A stretch of 62,542 nt of DNA, the filler included, from Methanobacteriota archaeon (GTDB taxonomy: Archaea; JACRDV01), in NCBI GenBank assembly GCA_024860865.1. It is 9 parts of 9 records of this genome, joined end to end, with 100 filler letters (N's around TTAATTAATTAA, not from the genome) between each part and the next. Parts side by side here need not be neighbours in the genome. Positions count along the whole stretch, not along the records: positions 58,074 to 62,542 come from JACRDV010000126.1; 8 more parts are not named here. One strand, 5' to 3'. The number at the start of each line of letters is the position of its first letter. The stretch's first letter is position 1. The position numbers and the translations under genes are program-made. Of this stretch, positions 61,984 to 62,542 are shown in pieces. The notes under the pieces were generated by a model, which did no database searches, had not been told where the DNA came from, and saw only the letters and a program-made list of their open reading frames with translations.

Positions 61984-62542
61984 ATGATGGGCTCAACAAT
62001 TTCAGAGAAAATTCTCGCTCGCGCTGCTGGGAAGGATAAAGTTACCCCTGGAGATATTGTGCTAGCTAAGCCAGATAAAGCAATGATTAATGACATAACT
62101 GGCCCTCTGACTATAATTGCGCTGAAAGAGATCGGAGTAGGGCAAGTTAAAGACCCAAGGAAGCTTGTCATTGTTTTAGATCACCAAGCTCCTGCCAGCA
62201 ATGCTCAAGCTGCTGAAAATCATGTTTTGCTCAGAAATTTTGCTCACGAGCAAGAAGTTTTGCTATATGATATCAATGAAGGGGTTTGCCATCAGGTTAT
62301 GTGTGAAAAAGGGCATGTTTTGCCTGGTAAACTAATACCTGGGGCTGATTCTCATACTTGTACGTACGGAGCTCTTGGAGCTTTTGGAACTGGTGTTGGT
62401 TCAACAGATATGGCCATGGTTCTTTCAACTGGCCAACTTTGGTTTAAGGTCCCAGAAACAATTCGCTTCGATATAACTGGAAAGCTCGAGAAAATGGTTA
62501 CTGCTAAAGATGTTGTTCTTAAGGCGATCAAAACAGTTACAG
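61984..62542 (+). CDS. 3-isopropylmalate dehydratase/homoaconitase large subunit (partial)
   Basis: Manual translation [40 protein letters not shown]. Confidence 0.93.
   Translation, partial: MMGSTISEKILARAAGKDKVTPGDIVLAKPDKAMINDITGPLTIIALKEIGVGQVKDPRKLVIVLDHQAPASNAQAAENHVLLRNFAHEQEVLLYDINEGVCHQVMCEKGHVLPGKLIPGADSHTCTYGALGAFGTGVGSTDMAMVLSTGQLWFKVPETIRFDITGKLEKMVTAKDVVLKAIKTVT

Overview
Low-GC archaeal sequence made of nine unrelated contigs joined by artificial 100-nt N/TTAATTAATTAA/N linkers, so gene order holds only within a contig. It is probably a metagenome bin of an anaerobic euryarchaeote-like lineage; the exact taxon cannot be fixed without phylogeny. Main signals, several missed by the ORF track: (1) a selenoprotein operon, with a double-module HdrA (true start 3668, in-frame UGA) and an unannotated MvhD/VhuD (two in-frame UGAs), plus an archaeal GAA/A SECIS hairpin in the 3' UTR and a second SECIS-like core in the 5' UTR; (2) an A-type ATPase region with LAGLIDADG inteins in both A and B subunits, and a split subunit I whose N-terminal piece is fused to a subunit H(G) stalk domain; (3) an integron-type attC cassette array; (4) a sulfur-relay cluster (SepCysS, HTH-CBS regulator, SAMP, E1, TusA, DUF483, ThrC-like PLP enzyme, JAB protease, Cys-type Thi4); (5) two toxin-antitoxin islands bracketed by long exact direct repeats of host sequence; (6) a stand-alone EF-1alpha with an altered aminoacyl pocket, a Hel308 mini-intein, and an aRF1 5' fragment with an in-frame TAA. 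Several single-base homopolymer deficits suggest some sequencing error, which limits claims about odd starts and stops. All family assignments come from motif recognition by eye, not database searches.
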